From Candidatus Omnitrophica bacterium UBA6215 (lineage in GTDB: Bacteria; Omnitrophota; Gorgyraeia; Pluralincolimonadales; Pluralincolimonadaceae), in NCBI GenBank assembly GCA_002421665.1, contig DISH01000003.1, positions 103,291 through 167,290 on the forward strand: 64,000 nucleotides of DNA. The letters are read 5' to 3'. A program made the position numbers and the translations under genes. A model generated the notes under the pieces. The model did no database searches and had not been told where the DNA came from. It was given only the letters and a program-made list of their open reading frames with translations. Positions 26,061 through 34,267 of the stretch are shown in pieces (the first letter of the stretch is position 1; each line of letters starts with the position of its first letter).

Positions 26061-26750
26061 ATGAAACTCTACAAATTTAGGCCACTTGAAGGCACTGAAC
26101 GTGACATAGATGGTAGTAACGACAGCAACTTTAAGCGCGCTAAAACAATTTTGGAAAATGGTGAGTTCTGGTGCTCTAAATTTTCAGAGCTCAACGATCC
26201 GATGGAAGGCGTATTCTATGGTTCAGCGGATTTAATCGATGCCATATATACAAAGAAGCTCCAGTATAAAATATGTTCTTTTTCAGCTAAAAGAGCCTTT
26301 GAAAAGCCCTACATGTGGGGATATTATGCGAATGGTTTTAAGGGCATGGCAATCGAGATTGAGGTAGACACCGGAGATGTAAAAGAAATATGTTATAGCA
26401 ATAAAATACCAAGCGTGGAATATTTAACAGCTTCTTGCAGAATGTATGGTGATGAAGTGATTTTAAAGATTCTCACGACTAAATCAAGTCCTTGGAAGCG
26501 CGAAGCAGAGTATAGGTTCTTGATAAAAGATGAAAAGAAATACCACAAAATAGGAGAAATCACTAAAGTATATTTTGGAAATCCTTATGGAGGGGTAGGG
26601 AATAAGAAACCCATTTATGAAAATAACCAAAACCTGCTAAACTATGACAAATTAAAAAAATATCTAATAAAGTTCGCAAATGAACGTAATATATGTTGTT
26701 ACTCTATTAAAATCAAAGATGGTAAAGTGCTACCCGATGAGAAATTGTGA
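26061..26750 (+). CDS. DUF2971 family protein
   Basis: 229 aa. N-terminal LYKFR...FWCSKFSELNDPMEG matches the DUF2971 signature. Confidence 0.55.
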   Translation: MKLYKFRPLEGTERDIDGSNDSNFKRAKTILENGEFWCSKFSELNDPMEGVFYGSADLIDAIYTKKLQYKICSFSAKRAFEKPYMWGYYANGFKGMAIEIEVDTGDVKEICYSNKIPSVEYLTASCRMYGDEVILKILTTKSSPWKREAEYRFLIKDEKKYHKIGEITKVYFGNPYGGVGNKKPIYENNQNLLNYDKLKKYLIKFANERNICCYSIKIKDGKVLPDEKL

Positions 26751-26798
26751 GCGAATTATGGCATAGATTTTCCCTAAAGCAAATCTTAGGAGATCGGC

Positions 26799-27437
26799 AT
26801 GAAAATAGTTTGCACCCGCTGCAGAACAGTTATGGGCGAACAAAAGCCATATAAAGACCCCTCCGAAATCAAAGCTACCTGCACTGCCTGTATCGAAAAA
26901 GCAAAAGAGGAAGCCGCACGATTTGTGCCCGAGCCTGAACCTAGTGATGGGCAAGAGATAATGCTGGAAAATGGCCTTAAGGGCACGCTCTGGGTCGCAA
27001 AAGACAAAAAGGGGAAGCTTTCCTTTGGGGAGCTGGTCGTTAGTGGTAGAAAGTTCTATTGTTTAAGTAATGGACGAGATAAATTTCAGGAGTATCTTGG
27101 CAGTTTAAAAGACGAAGAGGCCGATGTTTCATTTCTCCATTCCATGACGTGTAAAATAGACTCTCTTCCCAGAGGTCAGAGAAAAAAGCAAGATCCCCCT
27201 AAGGCAGAAGAATCAAAAAAGGACGAAAGCATTTATTATAACTGTACGGTGAGGGTACCTAAGCATTGTGTTCAGCCAATGTTTGATGATATGGCCGAAC
27301 GGATGGATAAGGTCGCTAAAATACTCGCAGAAGCAGCGCTTAACTTATATAAGAAAGAGCGTCAAAAGGCTGCCCAAGATGGCGGCCTAGCGCCGATGTC
27401 CACCTTTAAAGGGGCGGACATCCATAACTCCAGATAG
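26799..27437 (+). CDS. Hypothetical protein (N-terminal CxxC...CxxC)
   Basis: 212 aa. CTRCRT...CTAC Cys pairs. GC content is higher than the neighbouring island genes. Confidence 0.5.
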   Translation: MKIVCTRCRTVMGEQKPYKDPSEIKATCTACIEKAKEEAARFVPEPEPSDGQEIMLENGLKGTLWVAKDKKGKLSFGELVVSGRKFYCLSNGRDKFQEYLGSLKDEEADVSFLHSMTCKIDSLPRGQRKKQDPPKAEESKKDESIYYNCTVRVPKHCVQPMFDDMAERMDKVAKILAEAALNLYKKERQKAAQDGGLAPMSTFKGADIHNSR

Positions 27438-27598
27438 CTTAAAAAGTTGCGCAGTTTTGAGCCAAAATTGACCGGACAAAACGGACAAATTCTAGACTAT
27501 TTTGTCCGCTTAAATGACTGTTTCCCGGTCCGGTAGGCAGCGAGGAATAGTATCTCGGAGCTGGAATATTGCTTGATACGATAGGGTAGTACGGCTAT

Positions 27599-27840
27599 AA
27601 TACCCCTGTATAAAAGAGAGATACTTTATCGTAGTGAGACGGCCAACGGCCGCCATTACTTCCCCTATATAGGCGTAACGAAGTATGCCGAGTTCAGCCG
27701 TGGAGGATTCTGTAAGAATCCGACCGGCGTTTTGAACGAGGAATAAGGTGTATAGGCAAGCAGCAGGAGCGGTTAAGATGGGTAATTTACATTTATTATA
27801 GTAATCATAGGGCGTTAGGAAACTAACGCCCTTTTTATTT
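27599..27840 (+). ncRNA. Candidate small non-coding RNA (promoter-to-terminator unit, no plausible ORF)
   Basis: Sigma70-like promoter: TTGATA (27564-27569), 17 nt, TATAAT (27587-27592). A strong terminator lies at 27809-27840. The internal stem-loops include GGATTCT-GTA-AGAATCC nested in GTTCAGCCG...CGGCGTTTTGAAC. Only 7- and 16-codon ORFs are present. Confidence 0.4.
27809..27840 (+). terminator. Rho-independent terminator
   Basis: AGGGCGTTAG-GAAA-CTAACGCCCT followed by TTTTTATTT. Confidence 0.75.
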
Positions 27841-28015
27841 CGCTATGCTATAAAAAGCGAAGTTCGTCTATTAAGCTAATACCGGCAAACTACGAAGTTT
27901 TTTCTCAAAATCCGTGTTTGCTGCAAGTTATTAAGATGTTATAATTTAGTATGGTTTCAAGTCAATAGCACAAAAAACGACACTCGTCTATTAAATGTTA
28001 GAATAATGATAAATA

Positions 28016-28696
28016 ATGATAAACATAGAAAATAAAGCAATGATGAAACAGGTAATAATATCGGTCAGTATTTGTGCATGCTGTTTTATGCTATTCGGCT
28101 GCGTTTCTCTATCAACAAATAAAACACAAGTCATAAATTTACCTTATGATATATCTATGTCTGATACTATTAGAAAACTTGGAGAACCATTAGAGCAAAA
28201 GAAAATATCTTCTGATATTACTCGACTCGCTTACAAAAATTCAATGTGGTCATCATTTGAACAATATTGGCTGTATTTTCGTAATGATAAATTGATAAAA
28301 AAATCCTATAGAGAAAATATCTATAAAGATATCCAAGATTATTACGAATTAGGCTTAATATCAAAAGATGAAATGGAGCGTCAATGCAGTATAAGACAAG
28401 CCAATGCAATGCAGATACTTCAGGCGTATAGTGAAATAAAAACTATGGAGTACGAACGCGAATCTCTCGATAACCAAAAACAAATTATATCCAATCAGAA
28501 AAAAATATTGAAACAGCAAACGGGTACCACATTTACCCCTGGCCAGAATCTTTATGACCAATATGGCAACTCCCTTGGTCGTATTGATAGCAACGGGCAT
28601 GTGTACGACCAGTATGGAAACCCGCAAGGTAGTATAGATAGCAGTGGGAACATCTATGACCAGTACGGCAACTCTCTTGGTCGTATAGGCCGTTAA
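28016..28696 (+). CDS. Lipoprotein with C-terminal tandem 17-aa repeats
   Basis: 226 aa. Signal peptide plus lipobox MLFGC. C-terminal repeats YDQYGNSLGRIDSNGHV / YDQYGNPQGSIDSSGNI / YDQYGNSLGRIGR. Confidence 0.65.
   Translation: MINIENKAMMKQVIISVSICACCFMLFGCVSLSTNKTQVINLPYDISMSDTIRKLGEPLEQKKISSDITRLAYKNSMWSSFEQYWLYFRNDKLIKKSYRENIYKDIQDYYELGLISKDEMERQCSIRQANAMQILQAYSEIKTMEYERESLDNQKQIISNQKKILKQQTGTTFTPGQNLYDQYGNSLGRIDSNGHVYDQYGNPQGSIDSSGNIYDQYGNSLGRIGR
28553..28696 (+). repeat. Tandem repeat, about 2.8 copies of a 51-bp unit inside the lipoprotein gene
   Basis: Units at 28553-28603, 28604-28654 and 28655-28696 (TATGACCA(A/G)TA(T/C)GG(C/A)AAC...). Confidence 0.8.
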
Positions 28697-28722
28697 CTTG
28701 TCTAATACGATGCTAAGCTCCA

Positions 28723-29412
28723 ATGGTTGAAACTAAAATGAAAAGAATGAAATTAACCCTTCAACAAGAATTCAGTAAGGAAGAATATGAAGTTCTTAGA
28801 ATTATGCGCCAAGTATTGCTTGATACCAGCGATGGTTCTATTTATTCTTGGGCAAAAACGACTAAATCAAAAGAATTGGCCGTAATCCTTCACCATTTGT
28901 TATTTTCCTGCAGAGATTCCTTAGGTAGCATTTTCACCTTAATGCATGATTACGGATATTTTTCTATATATATAATAGGCGCTACACTAGTTGAATATTT
29001 TATAGATTTCTCCTTTATTCTAAAAATCAAAGAGCTTGCCGGCTCAAGAGCCAAAGAATACTTCAATGCTTTAAAGGATAATAGAAAGCCCTTTTTAAGA
29101 AATAAAAAGTATCATTGTTTAGAACAACGCGCAAAAGAAGCCGGATTAACCAGTTTGTACAACAAAACGTATAGGTCCCTATGTTCCTTTAAGCATGTAA
29201 ATTTAAAAGGGCATTTGACAACTCGTCGAGACGATAAATTGAAAAAAGACAGGAAAATATTTATGCTGCAAATGACAAATCTATATTTAGAAATGTGGCA
29301 AACACTTAATGATTATTTGAATAACCGCAATCTTAACGTAAAGATACGAGGCTTGCTTAATAAAGAATTCGTTGAAATAGAAGGATTAATAAAGAAAGAT
29401 TTAATTTTCTAA
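28723..29412 (+). CDS. Hypothetical protein
   Basis: 229-aa AT-rich ORF with no recognisable family. Last island-type gene before the boundary repeats. Confidence 0.5.
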   Translation: MVETKMKRMKLTLQQEFSKEEYEVLRIMRQVLLDTSDGSIYSWAKTTKSKELAVILHHLLFSCRDSLGSIFTLMHDYGYFSIYIIGATLVEYFIDFSFILKIKELAGSRAKEYFNALKDNRKPFLRNKKYHCLEQRAKEAGLTSLYNKTYRSLCSFKHVNLKGHLTTRRDDKLKKDRKIFMLQMTNLYLEMWQTLNDYLNNRNLNVKIRGLLNKEFVEIEGLIKKDLIF

Positions 29413-29487
29413 CAATTCACTCCAGCGGACAGCGCCAGCGTGTTTATGAGGGTCGCCGCCGCTGAGTTCAAATGTTAAAGGAATAAC

Positions 29488-29715
29488 ATGGAAAATAATA
29501 AAAAAGAGATCAGATTGATTTTAATACTGCAGATAGCAACAGCATGCTTTATGGCAATCGTTACCGTGACAGAGATAAACAAATTAAATGCTTATAATAG
29601 TATAGTAAAGGAATATAAAGAGGAAATGGTTAAATATAAGCAAAGAAACGCTCAATATGATGAGGAGATGAGAAAGTACAAGGAACGCGTTAACCGGCAA
29701 AACAAAGACTTCTAA
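29488..29715 (+). CDS. Small membrane protein (1 TM + coiled-coil tail)
   Basis: 75 aa. Hydrophobic LILILQIATACFMAIVTVT followed by a charged KEYKEEMVKYKQRNAQYDEEMRKYKER tail. Flanked by 12-bp direct repeats. Confidence 0.5.
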   Translation: MENNKKEIRLILILQIATACFMAIVTVTEINKLNAYNSIVKEYKEEMVKYKQRNAQYDEEMRKYKERVNRQNKDF

Positions 29716-29739
29716 CAATTCGCTTCAACGGATTAACAA

Positions 29740-29994
29740 ATGGATTATATGAACTTTCTCGGCTTCGCTGCTGCCACATGCACCACCATAGCCCTGTTCC
29801 CGCAGATCTATAAGATCCACCGGACCAAACACGCCCGCGACCTGTCATTCCCGATGTATATTATATTCTCCACGGGCATCCTCCTCTGGCTCATATACGG
29901 CATTGTGATCGGCAACCTTCCCATAATCTGCGCAAATTCCATAACCCTCTTGTCCTGCGCCTACATCCTGGTAATGATGGTAAGGTATAAATAA
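29740..29994 (+). CDS. SemiSWEET / PQ-loop family sugar transporter
   Basis: 84 aa, 3 TM, with PQ motif ALFPQIYKI. GC-rich again, marking the return to core composition. Confidence 0.7.
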   Translation: MDYMNFLGFAAATCTTIALFPQIYKIHRTKHARDLSFPMYIIFSTGILLWLIYGIVIGNLPIICANSITLLSCAYILVMMVRYK

Positions 29995-30074
29995 AGGTCA
30001 TTCCTTGACCGTACCTTTCGATAGTGGTAAACTGGACAAAATAACCGGTAAGTGACACAAGAAGGGAGGAAGCC

Positions 30075-30797
30075 ATGAAACGCTTCGCCGCAACGATCAT
30101 CTTCCTTTACGGCGCCATCCTGGTGGTCCTTACTCAACCGGTCCTGCTTACGTGCTTTACGTCGATGTTCGAGGCTCAGAATTGGATGGAAACCGTCAAG
30201 GTTTTCAACAGCCTCAGGTATTGGGTACTGTTCGCGATAATGCTCCTTTGCCAGGCGGCATTGCTCGGCATCCCGGTCAGGATGAATAGCGCAAGGCCCG
30301 TTACGCAGCGGCCCGTGGTCTTCCTGGCGTTGGCTTCGAGCCTTTTGGCTGCGATACTCGTCTGGGGGATAGTCGCCGCGCTATACGAATATACAGGCCG
30401 CAAGCTCGATATGTTCGTGGGGACGTTCTTCCTGATGGACCTTGACGAAATGAAGAATGTTTTTTCGCAGGAGCGGGCAATATGGCTTTGGATGGCCGGC
30501 TTTGCAGCCATATGGACGTTTTGGGGCATAGTATTTTACAGGCAGGGCAGGAAACTCGAGCCGAAGACTTTTGTGGAACGCCAGTGCAAGTTCCTTCTTG
30601 CGGGCAGCGCGCTCGAGCTGTTGGTAGCCGTGCCCACGCACATTATCGCCAGGGGCAGGGATTACTGCTGCGCCGGGTTTTCGACATTCGTGGGGATAGC
30701 GGCGGGGATCTCGATAATGCTCATCTCGTTCGGGCCGGGAGTATTCTTCCTTTACGCCGACAGGTGGAAGAAACTTCGCCCCGGGCGCGGTAAATAA
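30075..30797 (+). CDS. Integral membrane protein, unknown function
   Basis: 240 aa with about 6 hydrophobic helices. RBS GGGAGGAAG precedes the ATG. Confidence 0.6.
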   Translation: MKRFAATIIFLYGAILVVLTQPVLLTCFTSMFEAQNWMETVKVFNSLRYWVLFAIMLLCQAALLGIPVRMNSARPVTQRPVVFLALASSLLAAILVWGIVAALYEYTGRKLDMFVGTFFLMDLDEMKNVFSQERAIWLWMAGFAAIWTFWGIVFYRQGRKLEPKTFVERQCKFLLAGSALELLVAVPTHIIARGRDYCCAGFSTFVGIAAGISIMLISFGPGVFFLYADRWKKLRPGRGK

Positions 30798-31135
30798 TGG
30801 ATGATAAGTCCTTCGAAGAGCTCGTCATTTCGGCCGTAGAAAGCCTGCCGGAAGAGTTCAGGAAAAAGCTCGAGAACATAGATATAGTCATCGAAGAGGC
30901 AAAAGAGGGTAAAGACGGCCTGCTTGGGATTTACCAGGGCGTGCCCCTTTCCCGCAGGACGCATTATTACGGCAATGTCCTGCCGGACAAGATAACGATA
31001 TTCAAGAACAACATTGAGCGCATGTGCCGGACCGAAGAAGAGATAAAGGAGACGGTCAGGAGAACGGTCATACACGAAATAGCGCATTATTTCGGATTGT
31101 CCGACGAGCACATGAAACGATCCGGGACATACTGA
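30797..31135 (+). CDS. Zincin-like metallopeptidase (DUF1025 family)
   Basis: 112 aa. FEELV...LPEEF N-terminus and TVIHEIAHYFGLSDEHM (HExxH). Confidence 0.65.
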   Translation: MDDKSFEELVISAVESLPEEFRKKLENIDIVIEEAKEGKDGLLGIYQGVPLSRRTHYYGNVLPDKITIFKNNIERMCRTEEEIKETVRRTVIHEIAHYFGLSDEHMKRSGTY

Positions 31136-31139
31136 ATAT

Positions 31140-32480
31140 ATGAAAAGAAGAATAGAAGAAGAGACGATACTTTTAATAAGCGTGGTAAAGTGGGTCTTCC
31201 TCGCCACTGTAATAGGCGTTATAGTGGGCCTTTCAACCACGTTCTTCCTGAAGGTCCTGAAATGGTGCACCTTGCTGGGGGACAGGTTCCCTTATTATTT
31301 CCTGTTCATGCCGTTGGCGTTCTTCCTGAGCGTCGTGATGATAAAATATTTCGCTCCGGACGCAAAGGGCCACGGCACGGAGAAGGTCATAGAGGCCATC
31401 CATAAGCGTGCAGGGAAGATAAAGTTCATCGTGGTTCCCGTCAAGCTTGTAGCTACCCTTATTACTATAGCCGCCGGAGGTTCAGTGGGCAAGGAAGGCC
31501 CTTGCGCCCAGATAGGCGGAGGCCTGGCGTCGAAATTCGCGGATATATTTAAATTCGACAGCAACGACCGCAGGAAACTGGTCATTTGCGGTATCAGCGC
31601 GGGTTTCGCTTCGGTATTCGGGACACCGATAGCCGGCGCCATATTCGGCGTCGAGGTCCTGTTCGTGGGCAGCCTTCTCTACGACGTTCTCCTGCCGTCG
31701 TTCGTTGCGGGTATCATAAGCTACCAGATCTCCTCGGCCTTCGGGGTGACCTATTTCTACCATACGCTTAATTTTGTCCCGGTCTTCTCGGAGGTTTTCT
31801 TCCTGAAGGTCATACTCGCGGGCATGTTCTTCGGGATCTGTTCGGCGCTCCTTATAGAGATGCTGAACTTCTCGGAAAGGATATCGGGTAAGATAAAAGT
31901 TTGGGAGCCCCTGAAAGGGATCATAGGCGGCGCGTTGCTAATAGGGCTTACGTTCATATTTTCCAAAGACTACCTCGGTTTGGGCCTCGACAGCATAGAA
32001 GGCGCCCTTACCGGCGCAAAGATAGTCTGGTACGCATTCATCCTCAAGATGGTATTTACCAGCATAACGCTGAGTTTCGGAGGGAGTGGGGGGATCGTGA
32101 CGCCTATATTCTTTATCGGCGCTACCGCGGGCGTGTTCTTCGGCAAAATGCTCGGCCTGGATACCTCTACTTTCGCGGCCATAGGTGTTGTGAGCCTTCT
32201 CGCGGGCGCGGCAAATACCCCTATCTCCGCGAGCATCATGAGCGTGGAACTCTTCGGCCCGAAGGTGGCGGCATACGCCACGGCGGCATGCGTGGTCAGC
32301 TTCCTTATAACCGGGCACAGGAGCGTTTATCCGTCCCAGGTATTGGCCATAAAGAAGTCGGGGTCGCTTTCGGTCGATACCAGCACGGATATAGAGGACG
32401 TTGTGGTCAAGATAAAGCCGAGGGAGAGGAGCCTGACCAGGTTCCTTATCGACTTGGTAAGGAGGAACGGAAAAAAATGA
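31140..32480 (+). CDS. ClC family chloride channel / H+-Cl- antiporter
   Basis: 446 aa. GSVGKEGP and GTPIAGAIFGVEV selectivity-filter motifs. Polytopic. Confidence 0.85.
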   Translation: MKRRIEEETILLISVVKWVFLATVIGVIVGLSTTFFLKVLKWCTLLGDRFPYYFLFMPLAFFLSVVMIKYFAPDAKGHGTEKVIEAIHKRAGKIKFIVVPVKLVATLITIAAGGSVGKEGPCAQIGGGLASKFADIFKFDSNDRRKLVICGISAGFASVFGTPIAGAIFGVEVLFVGSLLYDVLLPSFVAGIISYQISSAFGVTYFYHTLNFVPVFSEVFFLKVILAGMFFGICSALLIEMLNFSERISGKIKVWEPLKGIIGGALLIGLTFIFSKDYLGLGLDSIEGALTGAKIVWYAFILKMVFTSITLSFGGSGGIVTPIFFIGATAGVFFGKMLGLDTSTFAAIGVVSLLAGAANTPISASIMSVELFGPKVAAYATAACVVSFLITGHRSVYPSQVLAIKKSGSLSVDTSTDIEDVVVKIKPRERSLTRFLIDLVRRNGKK

Positions 32481-33058
32481 AGACAGCGGGGATCCTCTGC
32501 CTGGCCGCAATTTCGGTATCGCTCTTTTGCGCGGCGGGTTTTGCCGCGATGTCGGATAAGGACGGCGAGCTCCTGAACGCGGCCCTGACCGGCAACAAGG
32601 CCAATGTCGAGAAATACCTCAGGAGGGGAGCTTTTATCAACGCCAAAGGCGAGAATGCGAAGACGCCCCTCATACTGGCGATAGAGAACGAGCACCCGGA
32701 TGTCGCGGAGCTCCTGATAAAAAAAGGAGCGAACGTGAATTTCGCGGACAATAACGGGATGACCCCGCTGATGTTCGCTGCGCAGAAAGGCCAGGCGAAT
32801 ATAGTGAAGCTGCTGTTGTCGAAGAGGGCCAACCCTAACGTCCAGCAGAGCAATATAAAGTCTGTGTACGCAACGGCCAATATGACCGCCCTGATGTTCG
32901 CGGTGGAGAGCGGTAAGTCGGAGATAGTCAGGATGCTGATAGAGGCCGGGGTGAACGTCAATAAAAAGAACAGGGACGGCAAGACGGCCTTGGTGATAGC
33001 CGAAGAAAAAGACGATTCAACGATAATTGATATACTTGTCAAGGCGGGCGCAAGGTAA
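32477..33058 (+). CDS. Secreted ankyrin-repeat protein
   Basis: Translation starts at ATG 32477 (MKTAGIL...), overlapping the ClC stop (ATGA). The longer ORF from 31901 is an artefact. Signal peptide plus about 4 ANK repeats (TPLILAIENEHPDVAELLIKKGANVN etc.). Confidence 0.75.
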   Translation: MKTAGILCLAAISVSLFCAAGFAAMSDKDGELLNAALTGNKANVEKYLRRGAFINAKGENAKTPLILAIENEHPDVAELLIKKGANVNFADNNGMTPLMFAAQKGQANIVKLLLSKRANPNVQQSNIKSVYATANMTALMFAVESGKSEIVRMLIEAGVNVNKKNRDGKTALVIAEEKDDSTIIDILVKAGAR

Positions 33059-33104
33059 ATTTTATCATATGGAGCAAAAAGATGTTTTATGGTAGAATCC
33101 CCCT

Positions 33105-33428
33105 ATGACGTTTAAAGACCTGATGGAAGACATAAAGGGTATCGAGTTCGATACCATCAGGGTAGACAGCTACTACTATTTTGAAGCTGTGATACTCAGG
33201 GATAAACTTCCCGCGCTGGCAGAGAAGCTGGACAAAGTCTTCGGCGAAAAGATATGCCCGTCAAAGAAAAAGGTATCGCCCGAGGTGCAACAGGCGATAG
33301 AGGATTTCGGCGGGATAAGGGACGACCAAGTCCTTTACTTCAAGAAGGACAATGAGTATTCCTTTTTCGCCATGCTTTGGCCTTGGACCGACGAATACCA
33401 CATCACCGTAAAAATAGGCAGAAGATGA
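33105..33428 (+). CDS. Hypothetical protein
   Basis: 107 aa with no family recognised. Its stop overlaps the next gene's ATG. Confidence 0.5.
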   Translation: MTFKDLMEDIKGIEFDTIRVDSYYYFEAVILRDKLPALAEKLDKVFGEKICPSKKKVSPEVQQAIEDFGGIRDDQVLYFKKDNEYSFFAMLWPWTDEYHITVKIGRR

Positions 33429-33805
33429 AGACGGTTTTTTCCGTGCTTTTCCCGGTTTTGTTCCTTTCCGCGCACTTGTGTTACGCGGACGGTCTCGGTT
33501 CACTTATCGAGGTCAGCAACAGTATGGACCAGGCGCAGAAGGCCTATGACGCGGAGACCGCGCAGTTCGAGGGGCTGAAAACCGCGCTCGAGAGCGGGGC
33601 CATAGAGAAGGGCATGTCCCGGGATGATATATTGAAGAAGTACGGCAAGCCGCAGGTCTCTTTCAGGGAAGCCCTCTCCCAAAGGCAGAAATGGGTCTAC
33701 AAACCGGGCACATCGGACTATTTTACCGGTATGAAGATATATATGTTCTTCGACGACGGCGGTTTGCTTGAAGAGATCCAAGAGATAGAATTGATGGGCA
33801 AGTGA
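33425..33805 (+). CDS. Secreted BamE/SmpA-OmlA-like protein
   Basis: ATG at 33425 (MKTVFSVLFPVLFLSAHLCYA signal peptide). GMSRDDILKKYGKPQ...WVY pattern resembles the SmpA_OmlA fold. Confidence 0.45.
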   Translation: MKTVFSVLFPVLFLSAHLCYADGLGSLIEVSNSMDQAQKAYDAETAQFEGLKTALESGAIEKGMSRDDILKKYGKPQVSFREALSQRQKWVYKPGTSDYFTGMKIYMFFDDGGLLEEIQEIELMGK

Positions 33806-33814
33806 GGCCCGGCA

Positions 33815-34267
33815 ATGATCCTGGACAAACTCGTAAACTCCGAAAGATACTATAACCTGCACGCGGGTTTCAAGAAGGCCTTCGAGTTCCTGCGCAGGGG
33901 AGACCTCGCCGACCTTCCCGACGCCGGATATGAGATAGACGGCGAGCGTATCCATGCCGCCATCTTCGAAGGCAAGGGTAACGGCCGCAAAGCAGCGAAG
34001 CTCGAGTCCCACAGGCAGAATATAGACATTCAATATTGTATCTCGGGTTTTGACGAGATAGGCTGGAACCCCGCATCAGAGTGTTCCGTAAAGGACGGAG
34101 GTTATGATCCCGGGAAAGATCTCCAGCTTTATTCCGATGCGCCCAAGATATGGGTCCCCCATGCGCCCGGAACTTTCATGATCTTTTTCCCCGAAGACGC
34201 CCATGCCCCGATGATCGCGGACAGGGCCCTGCGCAAGGTTGTGGTAAAGGTTTCGGTTAAATGGTAA
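33815..34267 (+). CDS. YhcH/YjgK/YiaL family protein (DUF386)
   Basis: 150 aa. N-terminus MILDKL...YYNLH..FKKAFEFL...GYEIDGERIHA and LESHRQNIDIQY match the family consensus. Confidence 0.8.
   Translation: MILDKLVNSERYYNLHAGFKKAFEFLRRGDLADLPDAGYEIDGERIHAAIFEGKGNGRKAAKLESHRQNIDIQYCISGFDEIGWNPASECSVKDGGYDPGKDLQLYSDAPKIWVPHAPGTFMIFFPEDAHAPMIADRALRKVVVKVSVKW

Noticed and set aside
27780-27800. SRP-RNA (4.5S) helix-8-like motif AAGCAGCAGGAG within the candidate ncRNA
   Set aside because: Only a partial match to the GGAAGCAGCCAAGG consensus with no symmetric apical helix. Insufficient to call ffs.
31901-32476. N-terminal extension of the ankyrin ORF (ORF track 31901..33058) overlapping the ClC channel gene
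   Set aside because: The extension is an out-of-frame overlap of the ClC gene with an Arg-rich nonsense translation. The true start is ATG 32477 with a signal peptide.
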